This document shows positions 27,333-37,547 of a stretch of 64,000 nucleotides of DNA, piece after piece. The notes under the pieces were generated by a model. The model was not told the origin of the DNA. It searched no databases and saw only the letters and a list, made by a program, of their open reading frames with translations. The DNA is taken from NCBI GenBank assembly GCA_965214635.1, contig OZ243964.1, forward strand, positions 2,506,691 to 2,570,690, in the 5' to 3' direction. The stretch comes from Dehalococcoidia bacterium. Its GTDB lineage: Bacteria; Chloroflexota; Dehalococcoidia; Lucifugimonadales; JADFKI01. The position numbers were made by a program, and so were the translations under genes. The first letter of the stretch is position 1, and each line of letters opens with the position of its first letter.

Positions 27333-30300
27333 ATGAGTAGAAGATTAGTACCGTATCTGTTCGCCATCGCGATAATTGCGGCTTTCGGCGCCATGCTCAT
27401 CGGCAACGGGCAGGGCGCAATTAAACCCGTTTTCGCACAGGCGCTGCCAACGCCATCGGCGTCAACGACAGTTGTCTTCGTAAACCAAGACAACCCCAGT
27501 GACGCGGCTGCTGATACTGATTCGTACACCTACAATGTAAACACGAATGAAGCTGTTGCTAATGCGTTGGTTGCCACTATTCCGCCAGCCCTTCTTTGGG
27601 ATACGGCCCCAGGTTCAAGCTTTTCAGATTATAGACCGCACTACAGCATAAGAACGGAAACAGGTGATGGAGCTGACCACGATAAGTTCGACATTGATAA
27701 TGAAAGCGGGGAGATAACAATCGCCGCTGGTCAGACCTTAACTGCGAACACCTACAACATCACATTGAAGGCTCAGATATGGGACACCAACCTTAACAAA
27801 TTGATTACCCCTGCCGATGATACAAATATTGCTCCCCCCGACAGCATCAACGTGGCGTTCATTGTTTCCGACACGGCGGCGACAGCCACACCCCCACCGA
27901 CAGCGACACCGACGCCGACACCGACACCGACGCCGACACCGACACCGACACCAACACCAACACCAACACCAACACCGGACCCGTCCGTACCGCTGGTTCG
28001 CTTCGCAAGTCAAGCCAACCCCAGCGTAGCGGCGGAGGATGACGAGTCGTACTCCTACACTGTGCTGGCGTCTGATGCTGTTGCTAGTGCGGTGATTGAC
28101 ACTATTCCGCCAGCCCTTCTTTTGCATACGGCAACGGGTCAGACAGCGTCCTACTCGATAAGCCTTGGTTCAGTTGACCACGATAAATTCCAAATAGAGG
28201 CTAGCACCGGGCAGCTATCATTCGCGTCTGGTATATTCCCTTTAGGTGTGGGCCTCTACGAGATCCAGTTGGTGGCTAATGTTGTCCATAGTGGGGTTAT
28301 GGTTGACCCTAGTGTTTCCGACAGCATCAATGTGAATATCAATGTTTCCAACCCGCCACCCCCACCGACGGTTCATTTTGCGAAGCAAGACGACCCCAGC
28401 GTACCGGCGGCTGATACCGATTCGTACTCCTACACTGTGCAGAAGGCTGATGCTACTGCTAATGCGGCGATTAGCACTGTGCAATCCATTATTGCGGATG
28501 CGGAATCGGGTCAGAGGGCGCACTACACGCTAGACACAACTGGTGGATCTGACTACAATCTTTTCTCCATTAATACTAGAAGCGGTGCGCTAACTGTCAT
28601 TAGCACTCTTTTTAGTGCAACATTATCGGCGCAAACCTACAACATCACATTGAAGGCTGAGGTTTATGACTCGAATAACGCCTTTGTTTCCGGTTCTACT
28701 TCTGACACCATCGATGTAGCAATCGAGGTTGTCGAACAGACGGGACCGACGCCCGTACCGACGGCCACTCCCACGGGACCCACACCCGTACCGACAGCCA
28801 CACCCACACCGGACCCGTCCGTACCGACGGTTCATTTCGCGAGCCAAGCCGACCCCAGTGTAGCGGCGGCTGATAGCGATTCCTACGCATTCGAAATACT
28901 CGAGGGCGATGCTGTTGCTAGTGCGGCGGTTGGCACTATTCCGCCAGCCATTCTTGTGAATGCGGAAACAGGTCAGAGAGCGAACTACAAGGTAGACAGG
29001 GAAGGGTTGGCAGTGCCCCTTTTCAACATTGATGCTAGAAGCGGGGCGATAACCGTCAATACCGGTCTTGTTGGGAACTTAACGGTTCAAACCTACAACA
29101 TCACATTGAAGGCTGAGGTCTATGGCCCGAGTGGATCCCTTGTTCCCAATACCGTAGCCGACGAAATCGATGTAGCGATCGAGGTTATCCCACCGCCGGA
29201 AGTTCATTTTGCAGACCAAGATGATCCCAGCGTAGCGGCGGCTGATGGCGAGTCGTACACCTTCACTGTGCCCCAAGGCGATGCTCCTTCTGGTGCGACG
29301 ATTGGCACTATTCCGCCAGCCATTCTTGTGAATGCGGAAACAGGACAGAGAGCGAACTTCAGGATAGGCACGGAGTCAGGTCATGGATCTCATCACGCTC
29401 TTTTGGCCATTGATGCTGTAAGCGGGGAGATAACAGTTGGTAGTCAGACCTTAAATAAGAGCACCTACAACATCACATTGGTGGCTGAGGTTTATGACGC
29501 GAACGATACTCTTGTTGCTGATACCGAAACCGACGAAATCGACGTAGTAATAGAGGTTGTCCTACCGACAGTTCATTTTGCAGACCTAGACAACCCTAGT
29601 GAAGTACAGGATGGTGACTACAAATTCACTATACTCGGGGATGATGCTGTTAATGGTGCGTCGGTTGGCACTGCGCAAACCATTGTTGTGAATTTGCCAT
29701 CAACACATAGTTACGAAGTGCACTTCAGAATAGGCAGGCACTCAAGTCAAGGAGCTGATCACGATAAGTTCGCCATTGGTGATACAAGCGGGGAGATAAC
29801 AATCACTCAGGCGACCTTACCTGAGGCCACCTACAACATCACACTGGTAGCTGAAGTTTATGACTCGTTTAGCAACACTGGTACTCCCGACACCATCGAT
29901 GTAGCAATCGAGGTTATCCATCCGGAGGCTCGATTTACGGAGCAAGACGGCTCTGAGGCTACCAGTAACTACGAATTCACTATAAACGAGACTGAATCCA
30001 CTCCCGGTGCGACGATTTACACTGTGCAAGCCACTATTGTCAATGCGTCAACAGGTCAGAGACCGAACTTCGAGATAGTCGGTGGGGCTAATGCAAGTGA
30101 TTTTGACATTGATCCTGTACTCGGGGAGATAAAAGTCGATGCCGCTGTTAGCCCTAATTTGCTGGAGACCGCTTCCCCTTACAGAATCGACCTGAGAGTT
30201 CAGGTTTACGACTCGAGTAACGCCCTTGTTGCCTCTGGCATAGTCGACACAATCAGCGTAGTAATCAATGTCGTAACTTACTTCGATACGATAGATATAA

Positions 30301-33300
30301 CGACCCAAGACGACCCTGATACTGAGGCAGAGGCTGACGACTCATACAGCGTCCAGATCTTCACGGACGATGATGGCGTCATCGGCAAGATAGAGACCAA
30401 TCCCAAGCCGGTCGCTGTTGAAGCCTCGGGCTCGACGGTAATCTTCACCATCCGGGACACCGCAGATGGAAGGAACTTCAGCATCAACCCGCAGGGCGAG
30501 ATAAAAATCGCGGTAGAAGATTTGGCGCCGGGCGTCTACACCATCATCGTAGATGTGTCGCTGCGCGACAATACAACCAGTGAGTACCGTTCGCCGCGCA
30601 GCATAGAGGTGCAGATAACGGCGGTGGATGCGCCGACCGCGGCGATGTTCTCGGATAGCGCGCCGAAGCGGGGCACGGTGGAAGCACCGGTAGAGTTCAA
30701 CAACGACAACACCCCGTTCGATTTCGAGGACGAAGGCGAACTGGACAGGCGCAAGACGTCGGACCTCAGCGGCGAAGCCATCGGGCGCAAGGTGATAGAC
30801 ATAAGCGAGTTCGTGGACGATGCTGGCGGGCACGATATTGAATACGGCGTGCTGAACGCAGCAGACGACTCGGAGACGGATCTGTTCGAGTTCAGCACGG
30901 AAGCAGGCATGAACGGCGTGCTGATGTCCACAGCTGCGTTGAGGTTCCACGACGATGACGATATGGACATCTACGAGCTGAAGTTGACGGCTGCAGACCA
31001 GAACCTCGGCGGGCTAGAACCGGACGAGCTGGAGTTCATGGTGACCGTAACCGAGCTGAGCGCGAAGTTCGCGGACGATGCGCCTGAAGAGGCGAAGGTA
31101 GACGCAGAGCCATTTGGGTCTGAAGAAGAAGCCGAAGCCATGGAGATAGTGGACTTTGGCGAGAAAGAAAGAGTCGGGGCCAATGACGTGTTCGCCTATG
31201 TGAACATCCCGATAGAGGTTCCTGGACTCAGCGACGACACGGACACCGATCGTGATGACCCAGTAGACGCAGTGCTTCACGAAGTGTCGTACGAAGTGTC
31301 AGACACGGTGAACTTCCAGATAAGCGAAGGCGGCTTGCTGCAGTCCACAGAAGCATTGAGGTTCCACAACGACCCAGACCTGGACGAGTACGAGCTGACG
31401 ATAACGATTAAAGACGAGACGGTAGGCGAAGAGGACCATCACAAGATAACGATAACGGTAGATGGAGTGCCGCCGAAAGCGCAGGTAGTGTTTGATGTGG
31501 ACGAGACGCAGGGCGCTGGAGACATCCCTGGAGCGCAAATCCGCTTTGAAGACTCTAACGGAGAGATAATAACGGACGACTACTTCATGGATCCTGACCT
31601 GTCGGGCGATGCGAGTGAAGTGTTCGCAGTGTCAGACGAGGGACAGATAAGCATCCTAGAAGCGGCGATAGAGGCGAATGTACTAGACCAAGACGCAGGG
31701 GGGAACCCGGCGAACCGCTACATCCTGACGATAAAGGACGAGGATGCGGAGGGGGAGACGCTGGGCATTGTTACCATAAACATCATAGCGGTGGACGAGC
31801 CGCCGGTGTTTGTAGAGCCAGCGTTGATAGTAACGGTGGACGAGTCCAAGACAGCAGAGTTCGGCGAGCCGTACAGTGCGACTGATCCTGAGGGCACGGA
31901 CGTAACCTTCACGCTGAAAGAGCCGGAGGCAGACACGGCAGCCCCGCCGTTCGTGATAAGCGCTGCAGGTCAGCTGAGCGTGGCACCGGGCGAGACGCTG
32001 GACGCAGACGCGCAAGAAGACAACGACTATGCGCTGACGATAGTGGCGACGGACGAGACGGGCGTGGAGACCGAGCTGGAAATAACGGTTACGGTGCTGA
32101 ACGCGAACGACAAGCCGGAGTTCACGGACTTCATAACGAGCAAGACGATAGAAGAGACGCACACAAATGCGGACGGCGATGTGGTGTCGCCAATAGGCAC
32201 AGAGCTGTACGACTTTGAGGCGTCAGACGCGGACGATGGAGACACGCTGGACTACAAGCTGCGCGACGCAGACGACACGCGGTTCTTCGAGATCCACATA
32301 GAGACGGGCGTGCTGACCACGATAGCGGAGCTGGACTACGAGCCGGTGGTGAACGGAGTGCGGCAAATCCGCTCAGAGTACGGGATAGAGGTGTTGGTGG
32401 AGGATGACAGCGGAGCGACAGACGAAGTGCTGCTGCTGCTGACAATCACCAATGTGAACGACAACGCGCCAGAGATAGATGGTGCCGCGGCGTTGAGCGT
32501 GGCAGAGAACACGGTGGCGGGCGTAGCGCTGTCCACCTACACAGCGACAGACCTAGACGGGGACGAGATAGAGTTCAGCATAAGCGATGAAGACAACTTC
32601 ACGATGGACGCGAGCAGCGGAGTGCTGTCCACAGAAGCGCCGCTAGACTACGAGTCGCGGGTGTCGTACCCGGTGACGGTGACGGCATCAGACGGACTGC
32701 ACAGCGCGTCGTTGCCGGTAACGATAACGGTAACGAACGAGGCAGACGGGATAGAGTCGATAGATGTGTCGAAGGCGAACCCGGTGCCGGCGCCGCTGAT
32801 AGTGGGTGACCCGAACACGGCGTTGGGGGACACGCGCACAGACCGCTTCGGTCGTCCGGACGACCTGCCAGCGACGGATGAGCCGAGCGAGGGCCAGACA
32901 GCGCCAGAGCTGTTCGTGGAGACCGAGCACGCGAGCTGGGGCACGGTGCTGCGGATAGAGGTAACGGCAGAGCAGATAGACCCGGGCTGCGACGGCGGGA
33001 ACTGCGTGGTGGTGAACCTAGAGGCATCAGATTCAGACGACACGCTGAACCTTCAGGCGTACCGTCTAGAGCACACGCCGAACAAGTTCGCAGCGGCAGT
33101 GCTGCTGGTGTCGGAGAACCCGACAGAGGGCACATCGGCGGTGTACAAGCACAGCGATGGCGGGATAGCGCGCCTAGATGTGGACGAAGAGGACACACTG
33201 ACGATAGAGTTTGGCGGTCAGTCGACGATAAGCGAGACGGTGTCGATAGAGAACGAAGCGCCCGAGTTTGGTGACTTCACGCCGGAGCACGAAGCGTCGA

Positions 33301-35657
33301 TAGACGATGAAGAGGTGGAGTACTCGTTCACGGTAACGGACGCATTGTCGGGGTTGCCGGAGCCAGAGGATCTGCCTGACACAGATGGAGACGATGAGTA
33401 CACCTCGGTGGTGGCGCTGGTGTCAAGCCAGCAGTGCCACAATGTGGAATCGGGCACAGCGGCTGACGACCTGCCAGATGGCACAGCGCTAGTGGTGACC
33501 TTGCACGATGATGCGAGCATCTACTGCCCGCCGGGCAGCTCAAGGTACAACCTGATAAGCGATGCGAACGACTTTGACTCGATAGACGATGGGTTTGATG
33601 TGCTGACGGAGATAGACTTCGGCGGCGAGGGCACACACTATGTGACCTTCATAGCGTGCGATGCAGCAGGCAACTGCGTAGCGTACGACCCGGACGAGAA
33701 CGAGTCGGACGAAGCGCTGCTGGAGATAACGGTAGACACCACAGCGCCGAAGATATACGAGGCACGGACGGGTGTGGCGTGGGACGCATCAGGGGATGAG
33801 TACGACGACAACCGCAAGTTCCTGCAAGTGGTGTTTGAGGACGCGTCAGACCTGAACGAAGAGACGATAGAGGCGGACGACTTCGTGGTTGAAGGGCACA
33901 CGATAGCGCGCGTGCTGTGGTACGATACGCCCGACGACTTTGAGACGGACGAGACGCAGAACCGGTTCGCAGGCAAAGTGAACTCTAACTATCGGAACAT
34001 AGCGCGTACGGTGTTCATAGAGCTGGAGGACGAGCTAGAGCCAGACGAGACTCCAGATGTGAGCGTGGTGCCGAACGGGATAGAGGACGAGGCAGCGAAC
34101 GAGCAGGACGACGACGAGATAGAGGCGGAGGACTGGATAGCGCCGAAGTTCACGGTGGAAAATCTGGCATCGCCGCTAGAGACGCCGCAGTCTCAGGAGC
34201 TGGCAGGTGAGGACGACAAGGTCGTGTTCACGGTGAGTTCAGACGAGCGATTGAGTGCGACGCGTCCGACGATAACGGTGACCTATGTGAACGCGCCTGC
34301 AGGTTGCGTGAACACGAACGGAGTGGACGGAGAACGCGGACATATCCGCAGCAGCGACAGCGGCAAGGAAGCGTATGCTGACTGCGCAGAGAGCGGAGAC
34401 ATAGCGGACGACACGATAAGTTCTGTGGTGAAGAAAGACACCACGAACCAGTGGACGGTGACGGTGAACAAGCCTGACGAGACGGGCTACTACAACATCC
34501 ACATATCGGGTACAGACCGCTCGCCGCAGGCAAACTTGGGCAGCGAAGGCGTTAAGCCTGGAAGCATCGTGACCAACTTCTTCGAGCGCGATGGAGATGT
34601 GAACGCAGACGATGCGCACTTCTTCGAGGCAGACCTGAACCTGCCGAAGCCACGGGTGGTGATAAGCGGCGTGGACGCCGGTGAGACCGACCCCGCGGTG
34701 GAGGTGAAGTCGCCGCTGTTCATAGAGATAGACTTCAGCAGCCCGTTCCTGCCGGACTGTGTGCCGGGCAAGAAGCGCGGAGACAACACAGACGACTGCA
34801 CGGCAGAGACGAGCGAGTACGCAGAGGACAACTTCGACAAGGTGACCATCACGCTGTTAGAGTTGGACGGAATAGAACTAGATCCGGTCGAGCGTGCGAA
34901 ATCCACAGACGGTGGTGAGACCTTCTTGGTGTCGCTGACAGATGCGGAGATAAGCATAGGCGAGCACGAGCTGAAGATAGAAGCGGTGGACATGGCCGGC
35001 AACGAGCTGGACGACACGCTAGAGATAGACTTTGAGGTTGAAGAGCGAGACGCGTTCACACGGCGTCTGAACCCGGGCTGGAACTTGGTGAGCCTGCCGG
35101 GCGAGCCACTGGACAACAGCATAAGCGCGGTGTTCGGCACGGAGATGGAAGTGCGAACAATCTACACCTACGACCCGGTGGTGCCGGGCGGCTGGCAGGT
35201 GGCAGTGCGCGAGACGCTTGAGAGCGAGTGGCAGGGCGACCTGACAGCGATCTCGTCCAAGCGCGGCTACTGGATACTGGGAGATGCCATCCAAGACCTA
35301 GAGGTGATAATCCCGAGGTTGGCAGGTGGAGCGACAGGCACAGGCACGCCATTGCCGCCGCCGTCAGTGCCAGTGTACGCAGGCTGGAACCTGATCCCAG
35401 TGCTGGACATCACAGGCAACGCGCTGGACACGGACCACGCGCTAGGTGCGCGGGACTACCTGCAGAGCCTAGACGATGGGCTGGACTTGGCGCGGGTGCT
35501 AGGGTTTGACACGATAACGAACCAGTGGCACACGGTGCTGGCGCCTGAGGGCGATGGCCCAGAGGACGGAGACTTGCAGATAGGTTCGGCGTACTGGATC
35601 TTCCTGCGGGCATCTGGCACGCTGGTGCCGGGCGAGCGCATAATCCCGGACTCATAA
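27333..35657 (+). CDS. giant secreted cadherin-repeat surface protein (2,774 aa)
   Basis: Sec signal ([20 protein letters not shown]...VFAQA). About 9 divergent repeats of ~150 aa (VHFA.[13 protein letters not shown].V...DA..[22 protein letters not shown]...HDKF.ID..SGEITV....TYNITL.AEVYD....D.IDVAIEV). Then canonical cadherin linkers ([33 protein letters not shown]). Acidic Ig-like region and a C-terminal 'GWNLVSLPG...GWNLIPV' domain. Strong RBS AAGGAAGGA. Confidence 0.85.
   Translation: [2774 protein letters not shown]
27889..27980 (+). repeat. (ACN-CCN)n microsatellite-like stretch encoding a (TP)n linker
   Basis: ccgacaccgacgccgacaccgacaccgaca... encodes [28 protein letters not shown]. 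Confidence 0.9.
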
Positions 35658-35720
35658 TCCCGGCCACACAACCCCTAATTACGAAACCGACTCACTAGCA
35701 CGGAAGACGACTTGAAGCGC

Positions 35721-35752
35721 GAACCTCCCCCACACTGGGGGAGGTTCTTTTT
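35721..35752 (+). terminator. intrinsic terminator of the giant gene
   Basis: GAACCTCCCCC-acact-GGGGGAGGTTC followed by TTTTT, about 65 nt after the stop at 35657. Confidence 0.8.
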
Positions 35753-35889
35753 GGGGGCATCGAGACCGATTGTGCGTGTTGCGCGTTCGCTATTTCTATC
35801 GGGGGAGGTTCTCTTTTTGACGGGCGCACGATTAGCCGCTGCTTGCCAGGGTCAGGGAAAGCGCACTTTCCAGCGAACTGCTCGCCCGC

Positions 35890-35918
35890 TTGACAGCTTC
35901 CCCGCAGCCGCCTAGCAT
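35890..35918 (+). promoter_or_regulatory. sigma70-like promoter upstream of the amidase gene
   Basis: TTGACA (35890-35895), 17-nt spacer, TAGCAT (35913-35918). Confidence 0.45.
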
Positions 35919-36008
35919 AGGATTATGCCACGCTCCGGCAAGGCTATCTTGTGGGAGCGCGCTGAATCTCTATACGATAATTCTCAGTTGACCATAGCGA
36001 GGAATCTC

Positions 36009-37448
36009 ATGAGTACAACCCACAATCTTGACGAGTCCCTGGCGTTTGCGCCTGCGACCGAACTGCGGCGCCTCATCGCCGACAAGCAGGTGTCGCCGGT
36101 GGAACTGACGGCACTGTATTACGAGCGAATAGAGCGGCTCGACCCTCAGCTGAACGCCTACCTGACGCTGACGCAGGATGCGGCGATGGACGCAGCTGCT
36201 GCCGCTGAGCAAGCCGTCATGCGCGGCGACGATCTCGGGGCGCTGCACGGAGTCCCTATCTCTATTAAAGACTTGGAAATCACGAAAGGCGTCCGCACTA
36301 CGAGCGGCTCACTTGCGTTCAAAGATCGCATCCCGGAGGAGGATTCGGTTGTGGTGGAGCGTGTGCTCGGCGCAGGCGCAATTATGCTGGGCAAGACAAA
36401 CACGCCCGAGTTTGGGCATCGCGGCACGACCGAAAATCTGCTCGGAGATGCATGCCGCAACCCATGGAACACCGAGCGCACTTCGGGCGGCTCGAGCGGC
36501 GGTGCGGCGGCAGCACTTGTGGCAGGGCTGTGTCCCATATCCACGGGCAGCGACGGCGGCGGCTCTATACGCATCCCCGCCAGCTTCTGCGGCGTCTACG
36601 GCATAAAGCCAACGCAGGGTAGGGTGCCGCGCTACGGTGGCAAAGGAGCACCCGCCGTAGCCAACCAGACTAGCCAATCCGGCCCCATCACGCGCACGGT
36701 GGCGGACGCTGCGTTGCTGCTGCAAGTCCTCGCCGGCTGGGACGCCCGCGATGTTACATCCCTGCGCGACACTCCCGCCGACTACACTGCCGCCCTCGAT
36801 GCTGACATAGACGGGCTGCGAATGGCGTGGAGCGCCGATTTCGGCTATGCCGCCGTCGACCCCGAAGTCGTGTCCGTGTGTGTCGGCGCAGCAAAGGTGT
36901 TCGAAGATGCGGGATGTGGCGTGAACTATGACGGCTTCGGCTTCGAGTCGCCGCAAGAGGCGTTCCGTGTCATCTTCACCACGAACACCTACGCCTCGCA
37001 GGGCTATTTGCTGCACGACCGTCCGGACGAGCTTACGGATTATGCTCGCGACGGGATGGAGCGTGGCGCGGCGTACACAGCGGCGGATTATGCCAAGGCG
37101 CTAGGCGAATTAGACCAATTGCGTGGGCAGTTTGACGCACTTTTCGACGAGTACGACCTACTGCTGTCACCCACGATGGCTGTGCCGGCGTTCCGAGTCA
37201 ACGAGCATCCAGCCACGATTGGCGGACAGGCTCAGGTGGATGCGTTCTTCGGCTACCTGCCGTTCACCTACCCCATCAATGCGATAGGGCACCCGGCGGC
37301 GAGTGTGCCGTGCGGGTTCTCTGCCGATGGAATGCCCATCGGGTTGCACATCATCGGTCGCAAGGGGGACGAAGCGACTGTGCTGGCAGCGTCGGCGGCG
37401 TTTGAGCGCGCCATGCCATGGGCAGACAAGCGCCCCGCTGTCTGCTGA
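36009..37448 (+). CDS. amidase (amidase-signature family)
   Basis: ORF 35925..37448, start placed at ATG 36009 behind GAGGAA. Amidase-signature motif 'GGSSGGAAAALVAGLCPISTGSDGGGSIRIPASFCGVYGIKPTQGRV'. Confidence 0.85.
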   Translation: MSTTHNLDESLAFAPATELRRLIADKQVSPVELTALYYERIERLDPQLNAYLTLTQDAAMDAAAAAEQAVMRGDDLGALHGVPISIKDLEITKGVRTTSGSLAFKDRIPEEDSVVVERVLGAGAIMLGKTNTPEFGHRGTTENLLGDACRNPWNTERTSGGSSGGAAAALVAGLCPISTGSDGGGSIRIPASFCGVYGIKPTQGRVPRYGGKGAPAVANQTSQSGPITRTVADAALLLQVLAGWDARDVTSLRDTPADYTAALDADIDGLRMAWSADFGYAAVDPEVVSVCVGAAKVFEDAGCGVNYDGFGFESPQEAFRVIFTTNTYASQGYLLHDRPDELTDYARDGMERGAAYTAADYAKALGELDQLRGQFDALFDEYDLLLSPTMAVPAFRVNEHPATIGGQAQVDAFFGYLPFTYPINAIGHPAASVPCGFSADGMPIGLHIIGRKGDEATVLAASAAFERAMPWADKRPAVC

Positions 37449-37547
37449 ACGAGGCGTATCAGCCGCTAACGCAAAAGGGGAATGCCCGCACATGAAGTAG
37501 TTGCGGGCATTCCCTTGTGTTGTATGACGCTCTGTAACTAGGTGGGC

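Noticed and set aside
27738-28127. 129-aa minus-strand ORF with WCWCWCRCRCRR sequence
   Set aside because: It is the antisense translation of the (TP)n-encoding microsatellite inside the giant gene, an artefact.
35795-35830. Second copy of GGGGGAGGTTCT(C)TTTTT about 75 nt after the giant-gene terminator
   Set aside because: It duplicates only the 3' arm and T-tract of the terminator at 35721-35752. I could not find a complementary 5' arm, so it is not a second hairpin. It is probably a partial duplication.
35712-35915. 67-aa ORF between the giant gene and the amidase gene
   Set aside because: It begins inside the terminator hairpin, has no RBS, and overlaps the predicted amidase promoter.
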